Virus record (IMG/VR): IMGVR_UViG_3300028594_000178
Coordinates: 1 to 36,047 of that record
Strand: one strand, 5' to 3'
Source of the DNA: a virus
Lineage: Duplodnaviria > Caudoviricetes
DNA length: 36,047 nucleotides
The position numbers and the translations under genes are program-made. Below the pieces are notes generated by a model. That model was not told the origin of the DNA, made no database searches, and worked only from the letters and a program-made list of their open reading frames with translations. Positions 8,025-18,200 of the stretch are shown piece by piece (the first letter of the stretch is position 1; every line of letters begins with the position of its first letter).

Positions 8025-8162
8025 ATGAAATCATTAATATATAAATTACTGCGTATCTCAAATGACATTAATGCAATTCAGAAAGGTAAAGTGGGTAGAA
8101 GAATTGGAAGGCGTGTAGCTGGTAAGGCTACGGGAAGATTGTTTGGTAAGATATTTAAATAA
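8025..8162 (+). CDS. 45-aa cationic peptide (absent from the ORF track)
   Basis: RBS AGGAGG; MKSLIYKLLRISNDINAIQKGKVGRRIGRRVAGKATGRLFGKIFK. Confidence 0.75.
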   Translation: MKSLIYKLLRISNDINAIQKGKVGRRIGRRVAGKATGRLFGKIFK

Positions 8163-8193
8163 AAAACAAGCCCGGGTTTTCCACGCCCGGGCT
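8161..8193 (-). terminator. Terminator of the late/lysis operon
   Basis: AGCCCGGG-loop-CCCGGGCT then TGTTTTTT on the minus strand. Confidence 0.75.
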
Positions 8194-8233
8194 GATACCA
8201 CGGTATTATATACAAAGGTATATTAATTATTAA

Positions 8234-9244
8234 TCAAAATGTTCCTGCGTTCAATTGACGTTGCATTTCTTTTACTGCCGTTGACGGACGACTTAACACC
8301 CCATCTACAGGAGTGCCTAAATAATCTTGTAGTGCCCTTACTGTAGCTGGACCTAACAATCCATCGGCAGACGCCCCTACATAACGTTGTAATACTCTTA
8401 TCACCACACTTCCCCCACTGCCGTAGCGCACTGTATTTCCGTATAATGATTCTGTGACGCTGTTTCGGGATTGGTTGCTGATAATCCCATCAACCGGAGT
8501 GTTTAATGCGTCCTGTAGTGCTTCTGTGGTCGCGTTGCCCCATTTGCCATCCACAGTTAGATCAGCTTGAGAGACAGGTGTTTTACCAGACTGTAACTTA
8601 TTTAACAGCTTGGTGTTTTGGCTTGCTGTGCCCGTATAGTTACTAATCCCATGAGCATTTGCTAGTTTTTTACGATTGTCAAAACTGGAATCTTTTCCAA
8701 TGCTGTTTAGGTAATCAACAACACTACCACCTGTATACGCACTGGTTGATACGCTTGCTACTTTGGATTTAGGCGCACTTTTAACAGTAGTCGCCCCTTT
8801 AACCTCACTCATTCTAAAGTTGCGACCTGGGCAAGTTGTGGCAACTAGATCACCATGTCCAACAATAGCACTCGATCCTAGCCCTAATTCAGACATAAGC
8901 CATGCATTTAATGCTTTTCCGGCCTTGACTTGTGCATCGGTCATTTTCTGATTCTCGAAATTACCTTGGTAACCAATTCCCACAGATGTGGAGTTATGCC
9001 CACGACAATGTGCACCTACATGCCAGCCCCTCCCTTCATAGATGTTGCCGTCGAATGAGATCCAGTAGTTGTAACCCACGCCTGACCAACCATTACCATT
9101 TTTGTGAAAATTATGAACATCATATATATCCCAACTTTCATGTGCCATATGGTGCTGGACAATGTGTCTAATGCGGCTCTTATTAATTGGTGTGCGGTTA
9201 CGAAAGCTTAAACCTGCATTTTTGATGTTTGGCTTTTTGGCCAT
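8234..9244 (-). CDS. Endolysin: Amidase_2 N-acetylmuramoyl-L-alanine amidase with C-terminal cell-wall-binding domains
   Basis: IVQHH, GWSGVGYNY, GAHC, GHGDLVATTCPG; SVVDYL...SSFDNRKKLA module; VDG..G..T..ALQ repeats. Confidence 0.92.
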   Translation of the reverse strand: MAKKPNIKNAGLSFRNRTPINKSRIRHIVQHHMAHESWDIYDVHNFHKNGNGWSGVGYNYWISFDGNIYEGRGWHVGAHCRGHNSTSVGIGYQGNFENQKMTDAQVKAGKALNAWLMSELGLGSSAIVGHGDLVATTCPGRNFRMSEVKGATTVKSAPKSKVASVSTSAYTGGSVVDYLNSIGKDSSFDNRKKLANAHGISNYTGTASQNTKLLNKLQSGKTPVSQADLTVDGKWGNATTEALQDALNTPVDGIISNQSRNSVTESLYGNTVRYGSGGSVVIRVLQRYVGASADGLLGPATVRALQDYLGTPVDGVLSRPSTAVKEMQRQLNAGTF

Positions 9245-9292
9245 TTGATCACTCCTTTATAAAATAAAAAAGAGCAACGATAAACGTCGCTC

Positions 9293-9526
9293 TTACTTCT
9301 TCTTAGCTTTTAATTCACTTAAATATTGATCTGCTTTCTGCGCTTCTTTGGTCACTGAGTTATTAGTCCACCATACATATAACGACATTGCCACTACCGC
9401 CACACTGGACACTGCTTCGTAAATTTGATCTTCTGTGAATGGCAATGGGTTAAACCCAAACACTACTAACGCTTGATTAACTAATACAATCGCTAAAACG
9501 ATCAATCTGACAATTGCACCTTGCAT
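9293..9526 (-). CDS. Holin, SPP1 family
   Basis: Two transmembrane segments, NQ..., PLPF, WWTNNSVT motif. Confidence 0.88.
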   Translation of the reverse strand: MQGAIVRLIVLAIVLVNQALVVFGFNPLPFTEDQIYEAVSSVAVVAMSLYVWWTNNSVTKEAQKADQYLSELKAKKK

Positions 9527-9537
9527 TGAATCAACTC

Positions 9538-9846
9538 CTAAAATATATTTGCTATTGCTATGCCGGCTATGCCACCGACGACAGCCGTAATGACTGCCGT
9601 AATAAGAGCGCCTGTGATTCTTCTTCTAATCCAACTAGTATCGTCCTTGATTTCTGATAAAGCTTCTTTAAGTGATGATATTTCTTTATCCTGTAGTTTA
9701 TCTGACACCTGCAATTTGTGAATATCTGCTTCCACATTGGCAAGCTTCCCCTCGTTTTGTTGCTGTCTTTGCTTGAGATCGTTTATGTCTTGTGTGACTC
9801 TGTCTCTCCACACGTCCATATTTTCTGTCAACTCCTTGCCATGCAT
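9538..9846 (-). CDS. XhlA-like lysis-associated membrane protein
   Basis: Coiled coil followed by DTSWIRR and a C-terminal transmembrane segment; upstream of the holin. Confidence 0.75.
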   Translation of the reverse strand: MHGKELTENMDVWRDRVTQDINDLKQRQQQNEGKLANVEADIHKLQVSDKLQDKEISSLKEALSEIKDDTSWIRRRITGALITAVITAVVGGIAGIAIANIF

Positions 9847-9893
9847 AGTTGACCTCCCTTTATTCCCCTGTTTTTTTGCATAAAAAAAGCGCC

Positions 9894-10175
9894 TTATTTG
9901 GCGTTTGGTTTGTTTGCTTTATTCTGTTCCTTATCACCCCTTTCATTTTTCTGTATTGCTTCTCGTAAATTCTTGTTGTCTTTTTCTAATTCAATCAACT
10001 GTTTAATTAATGCGTTGATTACCGCATCCTTTTGTGCATTTTCTTTTCCTAATCTAGCGTTTTTATCAGATAAAGAGTTAATTGCATTTTCTGGATCGAC
10101 TTCTAAATTGGACATTATTTCGTTTACTTTTTCTTGAAAATTTTCTTGATTATCTTGTTTAGGCTGTTGGTTCAT
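9894..10175 (-). CDS. Coiled-coil hypothetical protein following the tail spike gene
   Basis: RBS GGAGG before MNQQPKQ; heptad pattern. Confidence 0.65.
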   Translation of the reverse strand: MNQQPKQDNQENFQEKVNEIMSNLEVDPENAINSLSDKNARLGKENAQKDAVINALIKQLIELEKDNKNLREAIQKNERGDKEQNKANKPNAK

Positions 10176-12600
10176 TTTCTGTATCCTCCAATTTTTCCAC
10201 TCTTTCAAGTAAATTTTTTATTACCAATTGATTCATAAATTGAATGTTGGTCGGAGCTATAGCTGTTTCTGTTCCGATTAATGATTCATTTTCAGGATCA
10301 ATTACTATTTCGTCACGGATTAACCCTACACTTTCCTCTTCACTTTCTTTATAATTAAAGATTTTCACCTGATTGTTTTTTACGAAATTAATCGCAATGT
10401 CTAAAGGCAAATCTCTAATATTTTCCTTGTAATCCCTTAAAGAATTATTGTAAAAATTTTCATGGACAGTCAGCGACCTTATGTGCCCATATCTATATGG
10501 TCTATCACTTGAACCAACACCACTTCCGTCATCACTTGATGAAGTCCCTGGTCTTAAATGTGATATATATCCATAGAAAAAGGCGTTATAACTTTCTGAA
10601 CTTCCTAACTCATAGTTATAAGCGCCCATGTTTAACCCTCGTAAAGAAACGCGGCCATCTTCCTGTATAGTGGATAAACGCCAACCTAGACCGGTGACGG
10701 CGTTGTTTCTAATGTCGAAATCACCTACAGTTCTTACCTGTCGGATATATAAACGGTCAAACAGTCTATCGGGAGTTCCTAAATCGTAATCACGGGAAGC
10801 TGCATTTATCCCACTAAAACTAGACCGACCACTTCTAAGGTCAAACTGATACCCTTTTTCAACAACATATGCTTGGTCACGAACATCAAACAAGTCACCA
10901 ACAACACTATTCCCTACATTGTCATCGTAGACTCTTCGGTTTGTGTTCGCAATGAATCCGTTAAAGTAAACATCGTCATTTGCAGAAAATGAACCTCTCC
11001 CTGTTCCAGAAGTCCCCATGTAAATAACAGGATACCTTCCATTAAAAGCATTACCTACTCCTATTCCTGATGTCCTGTTAAATCCTGACGTACTGTCATA
11101 ACGTTCATAAGTTATGGTGTTCCCAGAGTCGTCAAAGTGAATATTTGCTCCACCACCAAGAGAAAAGTAAGCATTTTCCATGTTTAAGTTTCCTGATTCC
11201 AAATTCCAATAAGTGTTCTGATTATTCATGCTGTGGAGTCTACCGCCAAAAATATCGGTTCCATAAATCTCCACACCTTCAATAACAACACCTCGTAACG
11301 TTCCGGCAGTAATCGCATCAGCAACAATCCCCTCGTACGTCATGGCAGTACGGTACGTTTTCCCGCCGTCTCTGGAAAATCCTATCCCATCCGTATTAAA
11401 CCGCATATATCCGTTTGGGTTGTCGGTATTAATACCAATGATTTCACCCACGCCATACTCAAAGTGACTGGTTAGGTTCCCGTTTATAATGTCACTCGCA
11501 CGCCGGATTGCATCGTCAAGCCAGCTTGTTTGTATTTTCTTCCTGCCGTTTTGAATGTCTCTAAAATCGGATACGGCGTTGTATTGTTGTGTCTTATATC
11601 GTTTGGCAATACCCTCATTCCCCAGTGTATAAGACACGTCGATAATATTGCCCTCCCAATCAAACGTTTCTTCTATTTCAACCACGCGTACTTGAGTATT
11701 CAAATTCAGTCGATCAACATATAAAAAAACACGGTCACCCTCTTCAAATTGCATTTCAGGATAACCGTTGTTGGTTAAATCAACTGCTGTAATGGTTGTA
11801 GACACCTTGTAACTGTTTTCCACTTGTTTCTTTACTGCTTCGGTCAATGCGTCCGCATGCTTGTACGATCCATCACGAATGGCAGGACCTTCAATATAAC
11901 CGTATTTCTCCACCAGTGGCGAAACGTATTCAACTTCTAAATTATAATCGTCTTCATCGCTGTCTTTGTCGCCAAACCCTTTTGCCCAGGTGTGAAACCC
12001 GGATCCGTCTACTTCCACAGATGCATCTTGTACGTTTAAATCTTCATGCAGGATAACGTTCTTGTCAGATCCCGTTAAGGCGTAGATATAAGCGACTTTA
12101 CCTCTTATGGTGTATTCCCCTTCAAAACGATCAACACCGTACAGGAAACGCTCTGTTTTGCTCTGGTTGGCTTGATAACTTAATGTATTGGCAGATAACG
12201 GATCTACTATCACATAGCTGTAACCTGTACCCTCGAACAACTCACGGAAAAAGTTTGCTGGTGTCATGGATTGATCCTCTACCTCGTCCTGCAAATAGTG
12301 CCCGTTCATATCCACGAAAAATGATAGTACCGCGGAAACACCAACGGAAAACTTATCGCCATCTAATGCGTAGGTTGGTGTGGTGATCGTGTACCATTCG
12401 CCTTTGAAAAATATCTTCCAACCGAATTCAATGTCATGCAAGAATTCCTCGTTAATTCCGTCGTCATCAAATAAAAAAGACAGCGTTAATTCACGCTGTC
12501 CGTTGACTCGTTTATTTCGTTTTACTTCTGCGATTGCAGGATATTCTTTTCCTTTTAAATCCTTTAAAAATAAAGAAGGTTGTCCTTCGATTGTGGTCAC
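10159..12600 (-). CDS. Tal / tail spike protein with a C-terminal peptidase S74 chaperone
   Basis: Prophage tail endopeptidase-like N-terminus, GIGFSRDGG..TAMT..GIVAD motif, C-terminal SLRDYKENI and coiled coil; start uncertain. Confidence 0.85.
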   Translation of the reverse strand: MTTIEGQPSLFLKDLKGKEYPAIAEVKRNKRVNGQRELTLSFLFDDDGINEEFLHDIEFGWKIFFKGEWYTITTPTYALDGDKFSVGVSAVLSFFVDMNGHYLQDEVEDQSMTPANFFRELFEGTGYSYVIVDPLSANTLSYQANQSKTERFLYGVDRFEGEYTIRGKVAYIYALTGSDKNVILHEDLNVQDASVEVDGSGFHTWAKGFGDKDSDEDDYNLEVEYVSPLVEKYGYIEGPAIRDGSYKHADALTEAVKKQVENSYKVSTTITAVDLTNNGYPEMQFEEGDRVFLYVDRLNLNTQVRVVEIEETFDWEGNIIDVSYTLGNEGIAKRYKTQQYNAVSDFRDIQNGRKKIQTSWLDDAIRRASDIINGNLTSHFEYGVGEIIGINTDNPNGYMRFNTDGIGFSRDGGKTYRTAMTYEGIVADAITAGTLRGVVIEGVEIYGTDIFGGRLHSMNNQNTYWNLESGNLNMENAYFSLGGGANIHFDDSGNTITYERYDSTSGFNRTSGIGVGNAFNGRYPVIYMGTSGTGRGSFSANDDVYFNGFIANTNRRVYDDNVGNSVVGDLFDVRDQAYVVEKGYQFDLRSGRSSFSGINAASRDYDLGTPDRLFDRLYIRQVRTVGDFDIRNNAVTGLGWRLSTIQEDGRVSLRGLNMGAYNYELGSSESYNAFFYGYISHLRPGTSSSDDGSGVGSSDRPYRYGHIRSLTVHENFYNNSLRDYKENIRDLPLDIAINFVKNNQVKIFNYKESEEESVGLIRDEIVIDPENESLIGTETAIAPTNIQFMNQLVIKNLLERVEKLEDTENEPTA

Positions 12601-12610
12601 CTCCCAATTT

Positions 12611-12636
12611 AAAAAGACACTCGAATATGAGTGTCT
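12611..12636 (-). terminator. Intrinsic terminator upstream of Tal
   Basis: AGACACTC-loop-GAGTGTCT followed by T run. Confidence 0.65.
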
Positions 12637-12704
12637 AAAATAGTATTATCTTTAATTCAGTTAATTCGTAGTTTGTTCCGAATATAGATTAATTTCACCT
12701 TACA

Positions 12705-14366
12705 TTAAGAATTCATTTTCACCCAATCAAATGGACTACCGTCCACATTGTTAAAATATCTTTTATACCAATCCACAGATTGATATACATGGTATTCTTG
12801 CCAATCGTAAGAACTTGGTTCTTCAAATCTTTTTGTGACTAATATACCAGCTGTTCCACTCGGTGATTCGACTGCATCTGCCGTAGGAATAGGATTATTG
12901 GTCTCACCGAAAGGAAAGTCGTGAATATGCGTTTCTAAATTGTATTCTCTAGATAATGAATCACCGCTGTTAATCCACTCTCCCCAACTACCGTCTGTAT
13001 TCGCTACCCTTCTTAATCTCGCACCTATAACACTCATTGTGATTTCTTGATGATTATATCCGGATGCCGATCCCCCAGAGAACTTAGTCGTTTGCAACAA
13101 ACCTCCTCGTGGCAACCCTTGAGAGATAGCCTTACTAGTAGATATCCTTTCTAAAGTAATCCCTATTGCATATTGGTCAATAAGAGTTGTTAAATCACCT
13201 TCTTCTTCTTGGACAAACATATCGCCCACTCCAGACCTAGAAATATATCCATTTCTATGAATCTTATAAATGTCTTGGTTGAGTGTGCCACTATCGTAAT
13301 TTCTATCTCCAATATCAATAATGTTACACTTCATTTTATAACCATCTTGCAGGTTTACGATCGGAATGTTTTTCGATTTAACGTACTGAATCAATTCTTG
13401 TAATTCATCAAGCTTACCTTCTTCTCTCCACTCAGGATAATGAGAGTGATCTTCAAATATAATATATTCACCAGTTTCAATAGCTTCGTCTACTCTCGCC
13501 TTGCATTCTTCAAGGCTTGGCCCCGCCCCTCTTGGTTGAGACAAGCCCGCAACTCTATTCATTAAGTGATTATCAATGTACGGGACATAGTTTCTTAGGT
13601 GAGGTCTAACTATATTTATGCCCATTTTATAGTACTTGCGTTGTATTCTTAATGATTCCTCCGTAGCCTGTCCCAAAGGATGTACAATAATATCGTAATC
13701 CATTCCATTTTTCTTTAATATTTCATGAGATGTTCTATATTCATATTCAATTTCTTCTTCAGTCATGTCTCGCACCCTGACATTAAGGGTGTGCATGTGT
13801 GATGCGATTGTCCAACCTAATTCTTTTAGATACTTAAGATGGCTCCAATCCATTCTACCACTTTTACCTATTTCGCTCGTGTGTACAGATATGCAACCCG
13901 GAACGTCTTCTTCTTCAAAAATTGGTCTAAATAAATCCCAATCGGACATATATCCATCATCAAAAGCAAACGAAACCAATGCCCCGTTATAGTACCCCTC
14001 ATTAAAACTCTCTGACATACGAGACGTTAAATCAACATTATGTGCCAACTGTGATTTAACTGAATTCATTTCATTGACAAATCTATCCTGTGGATCATGA
14101 TAAATATGTCCATCAGCCCCTACAGATAATTGACCGGCTAACGGACTTGAATCACCTTCTAAAATTGCTTGTGATAATTCCTTTTGTGTTCGTTCAGATA
14201 AATTCAATGCTTCATCTGATTTCATGACAGCATCGAGTGCTTTTTGTCTAGCTTCTGAAGCATCTAATCCTGCTTGCATATATTCATTAAATAAAGTAAT
14301 GAAGTTTTGGTTTATATAATTTAAAACAGCATCTGTAATAGGTGCATTTATATTATGTCTGCGCAT
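12705..14366 (-). CDS. Tail-associated protein with a NodB/CE4 polysaccharide deacetylase domain
   Basis: SFAFDDG, GWTIASH.H, HPLG motifs; helical N-terminal anchor; two C-terminal fibre-knob-like repeats (G.L...K...QE...R...W..W). Confidence 0.8.
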   Translation of the reverse strand: MRRHNINAPITDAVLNYINQNFITLFNEYMQAGLDASEARQKALDAVMKSDEALNLSERTQKELSQAILEGDSSPLAGQLSVGADGHIYHDPQDRFVNEMNSVKSQLAHNVDLTSRMSESFNEGYYNGALVSFAFDDGYMSDWDLFRPIFEEEDVPGCISVHTSEIGKSGRMDWSHLKYLKELGWTIASHMHTLNVRVRDMTEEEIEYEYRTSHEILKKNGMDYDIIVHPLGQATEESLRIQRKYYKMGINIVRPHLRNYVPYIDNHLMNRVAGLSQPRGAGPSLEECKARVDEAIETGEYIIFEDHSHYPEWREEGKLDELQELIQYVKSKNIPIVNLQDGYKMKCNIIDIGDRNYDSGTLNQDIYKIHRNGYISRSGVGDMFVQEEEGDLTTLIDQYAIGITLERISTSKAISQGLPRGGLLQTTKFSGGSASGYNHQEITMSVIGARLRRVANTDGSWGEWINSGDSLSREYNLETHIHDFPFGETNNPIPTADAVESPSGTAGILVTKRFEEPSSYDWQEYHVYQSVDWYKRYFNNVDGSPFDWVKMNS

Positions 14367-14381
14367 TTAATCACTTCCTTC

Positions 14382-15266
14382 TTAGTTGTACTTAAATCTA
14401 AAGTCAAAAGTTATCTTGTGATTTGATAACCCCATAACTCTAAATCGATTAATCCCACGATTTAATACAAAATAGTACCTATTCGTTCTCTCCATGATCG
14501 TTGTTCCATTTAATCGGACATCATGACCGTTAAATATAATTTCGTCTCCTGCAGCTATTGCCCATTCACTTCTTCTCGAAGGATTGTACTCCCAATATCT
14601 GCCGGTATCGTCATATAACATAAAGCTAGTAACATCTTCGTTTATCTCAATTTTAATTTCACAGTTGTCTTTTTCCTGTACGGTTTTCAGAAATCTGCCA
14701 GCATTATAAATAGTAAACTCCGGCTGGTTCTCATACTGATAAATCAAATTGTCTGGCGTTACATCTAACCCCATGCCAAATGACCATTTACCGTTTGCGG
14801 GAATGCCTTTGTTATTGTGTAAGTCCATTGTGGTTGATCGGCTGATCCAGTAGGGTTTACCGTCTATTTTTAATGGGATATCAACCGTTGCAAATGTTCT
14901 TAAGTTCTGTGGACGTTCTGGTGTAAATTGATTCACTACCCTTACTTTCATAAGCTTGTTCATTTGATGGGATTCAGTAACATAAAAAGCGCCTAACTCC
15001 TTAAAAAAGGAATAGACGCGATCTCTTTTTAGTCTATAATCCGTGGGATTCATTGCTTTAATTCTTGCTTGCATCGTCATGTCTCTATCAGCATCACGAA
15101 CGCCAGTTATGATATTGCCAGGCATACCAGCAATACTGTGCTCTGTGACCTCCTGACCGATTGACGAAACAATTAAATCCAACCCCCTAAGTCCGTAGCC
15201 TAATTCATCTACAGGAAGTGGGATTGGATTGAAATTTAAGTCATATATTTGAAAGTAATCTTGCAT
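14382..15266 (-). CDS. Distal tail protein (Dit)
   Basis: Directly after the tape measure gene; typical size and L..G.N...ITFDFRFKY end. Confidence 0.85.
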   Translation of the reverse strand: MQDYFQIYDLNFNPIPLPVDELGYGLRGLDLIVSSIGQEVTEHSIAGMPGNIITGVRDADRDMTMQARIKAMNPTDYRLKRDRVYSFFKELGAFYVTESHQMNKLMKVRVVNQFTPERPQNLRTFATVDIPLKIDGKPYWISRSTTMDLHNNKGIPANGKWSFGMGLDVTPDNLIYQYENQPEFTIYNAGRFLKTVQEKDNCEIKIEINEDVTSFMLYDDTGRYWEYNPSRRSEWAIAAGDEIIFNGHDVRLNGTTIMERTNRYYFVLNRGINRFRVMGLSNHKITFDFRFKYN

Positions 15267-18200
15267 TTAAAGACCTCCCGGCTTGCCTGTAAATATAGAG
15301 TGGTTTATAGCTTGCCTAGCGTCTTGTTTGTCATTGGCGCGTTTAATATCGCCCTCCGATAAAACAGGCTTATTTGCTATTACTTGGTTAGTGGTTGCTA
15401 CTTGTTGGTTAGTGACGACTAATTGAGTCAACAACTGCACTTGTTGAGTGAGTTTATCGACCACATCTTCTAAATAGCTATTGTCGTTATTACCCACACT
15501 CGGCAACTGCTGCGGCCGTTTATTCCCTTGTATATCCTTGGCAGCTAAAGCAAGTAATTTCATAGCATCTGTTCTACGATTCGGCGCTGTGGGGATAATC
15601 CACTCTGGATAGCCTTCTTCTGCTAGGTGGTATAAACCTTCGTTGTTGACAAGACCGCCTGTTCCAAACTTACGGCCGCCACGAGGACCCCAACCACGTG
15701 TACCGTATGGCAAATCACGTCTCCATGTACGGTTGTTAAAAAACGCTAGCAGTTGATCGTACCCGCTATAGATGTTGTTGTGGCCCGGTACAGCATAGGC
15801 TGCGAAAGTTTGTGGGATATATTGCAATAGTCCTCTTGCTGGGTTGCCTTGGGCCATGTTTATATCCCATACAGCAGATGATTGCGTAATCTTCTCATTA
15901 CCGCCAGATTCTCTTTGAATTTGGGCGATGATACCATTTACCTCTGTTTGAGATACAGTTTCGCCCATTTGTGCGGCCGCTCTTAGAATCATTGGTCTCC
16001 ATGCAGATGCACCTCCGCTGGTAGGACCTGATACACTACTCATAAAATCGTCAAACATTCCTTTGATATAATCCACGGCGGCATCTTTGACGTAGTTAAA
16101 TCCTCCACGGGCAATGTCGCCAACAATACCTAGGCTTGGAAGTTCAATGTCCAGCAGGCTTAAACCGGCATCTAATAATTTACCGGGATTAGTAGCGTAA
16201 TCCCAAACGTTGCCTGTCCATTCCACCGCTGTATCAATGATGTTTTTGACTGCACCTTTACCCCAGTCAAGCGCTTTTCCAAACCAACCCGTTCCATCAG
16301 CATAGTGTGGTATATCAAGCAACTGCTTTGTTATTCTCGCTGGAACAACCTGCGTTCCTTTTGGCATGTCTGGTATTAACGTCGGTTTGTTAGGAGATAA
16401 AAAGCTTTTCCCGTCTGGCGTGGTTATTAGTTCAGGTCCGCTGTTCGAACCCTTCCCATCAGAGACAACGGCTGGACCTCCAGGGTGTCCTCCGCCGCGT
16501 GTTCCTTGAGCGTACCAAGCGAATGTGTTAGCTGGATTCCATAGCGAGATCTCTGAATCTACACTTAGTTTATCTAACACCCAGTTGATTCCACGAATTA
16601 CGCCATTTACTCCATTTTTTAATCCGTCAACCATGCCACGCGCAATACTGACCATGCCATCTTTTACTGCACTTACACCCTTCTTAAGGCCGTCTTTCAT
16701 TTTCCCCGGCATGTCGCGTACATAGCCGATCATGGACGATACCCGATCAGACACGCCGTCTCGGATTCTGCTAAAAATATTTAGTGCACTATCTCGCAAA
16801 TCACTAAACCGATTGCGGACGGTTCGGACAGCATCGCGCACCGGATTTACTGTATAATTTTTGATAGCATTCCAGATTGTTTGTGTTGTATTTCGAATTC
16901 GTGTAAGAATATTTGAAACTGTATTTCGCATGGAGTTAAAGGAATTTCTGACAAAATTAACAATCCATGAGACTACTCGGTTAAATATATCTCGGATCCC
17001 CTGCCACATTGTGCTGATATGGCCGGAAAATCCACGGGCAAAACCTAGTACCCCGCGAATAATTCTTCCAAAAAATGACAGTTGAATAAAATTCCAAATA
17101 AATTCAATTGCTCCCGAAAATATCTGCTTGACGCCTTCCCACATCTTTGAGAAATCGCCAGTAAACAATCCGGAAAAAGTTTTTACTAATCCCATAATTA
17201 CATCAAGTGCACCGTTTATAACACCTTGGATATTAGACCAAATTTGCTTGACTATCTCCAAAGCTAATTTTAGAGCACCTTCAATAACGCTTTTTATATA
17301 CGGAAAAGCAAATTTAACCGCTTCAACTATCCAATTTATGACCGGTTCGACAACCGACCAAATTCCGGAAAATATATTCTGAAAAGCTTCTAATATACTT
17401 TGTCCTTCACTATCCCAAAATGATTTAATTTGTGATATTTTTTCTTGGAAAAAGTCAGCTACTGCTCCGATCGCTTCCATAATTAAATCTTTCGCGGTTT
17501 GGAAACCTTCTTTTACGCCATCTATGAATGCTTGTATCTGTGGGCTAGTCGTCAAGAACTCCTTGACACCTTCAACTGCGTTTAAAAACGCGTCTTTTAG
17601 CCGGTGTACAATATCCCTGAATGTCTCGGAGTTTTTATAGGCTGTAACGAATATTCCCGCCAGTGTGGTTATAACTCCTATCGCAATACCCACAGGACCT
17701 AGCAGAAAACTAAACCTCGATGCTAAATTTCTTATGACTACACCTAACGCCTTTTTTACTCCACTTAATTCGGCTATCTTCGTAAATAATGGGCCAAGTA
17801 CAGACATTACTTTTCCGATCGCCCCGAAAAACATGCCTGCCACACTTAATACTGGCCCTGCTGCCACAACCAACCCACCAAGTGAACCGATTAACTTCTG
17901 TTGCCATCCCTCCAGATTAACAAACCAACCAATGGCACCTTTCACTGACTCGACCACATTCGAAAATACTTCACCTAAACGTTCTCCGGTTTCAGCTGCC
18001 CATTCTTGGACTTTTTCTGAACTTAATAACTCAATAAATTCTGCGATGGATTCTTTCGATTGCTCGAACACTCCACCAAGTAAGTTTTCTCCTAGAATAC
18101 CGATATAAGCCTTGGTGTTTTGAACCATACCGTCCCATGACTTAGCATATTCTGTAGCCATGTCGCCGGAAAAGTCTTCCATGATGTCTAGGAACTCATC

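Noticed and set aside
10159-14366. Diversity-generating retroelement acting on tail genes
   Set aside because: No reverse transcriptase in the window and no template/variable repeat pair noticed by eye.
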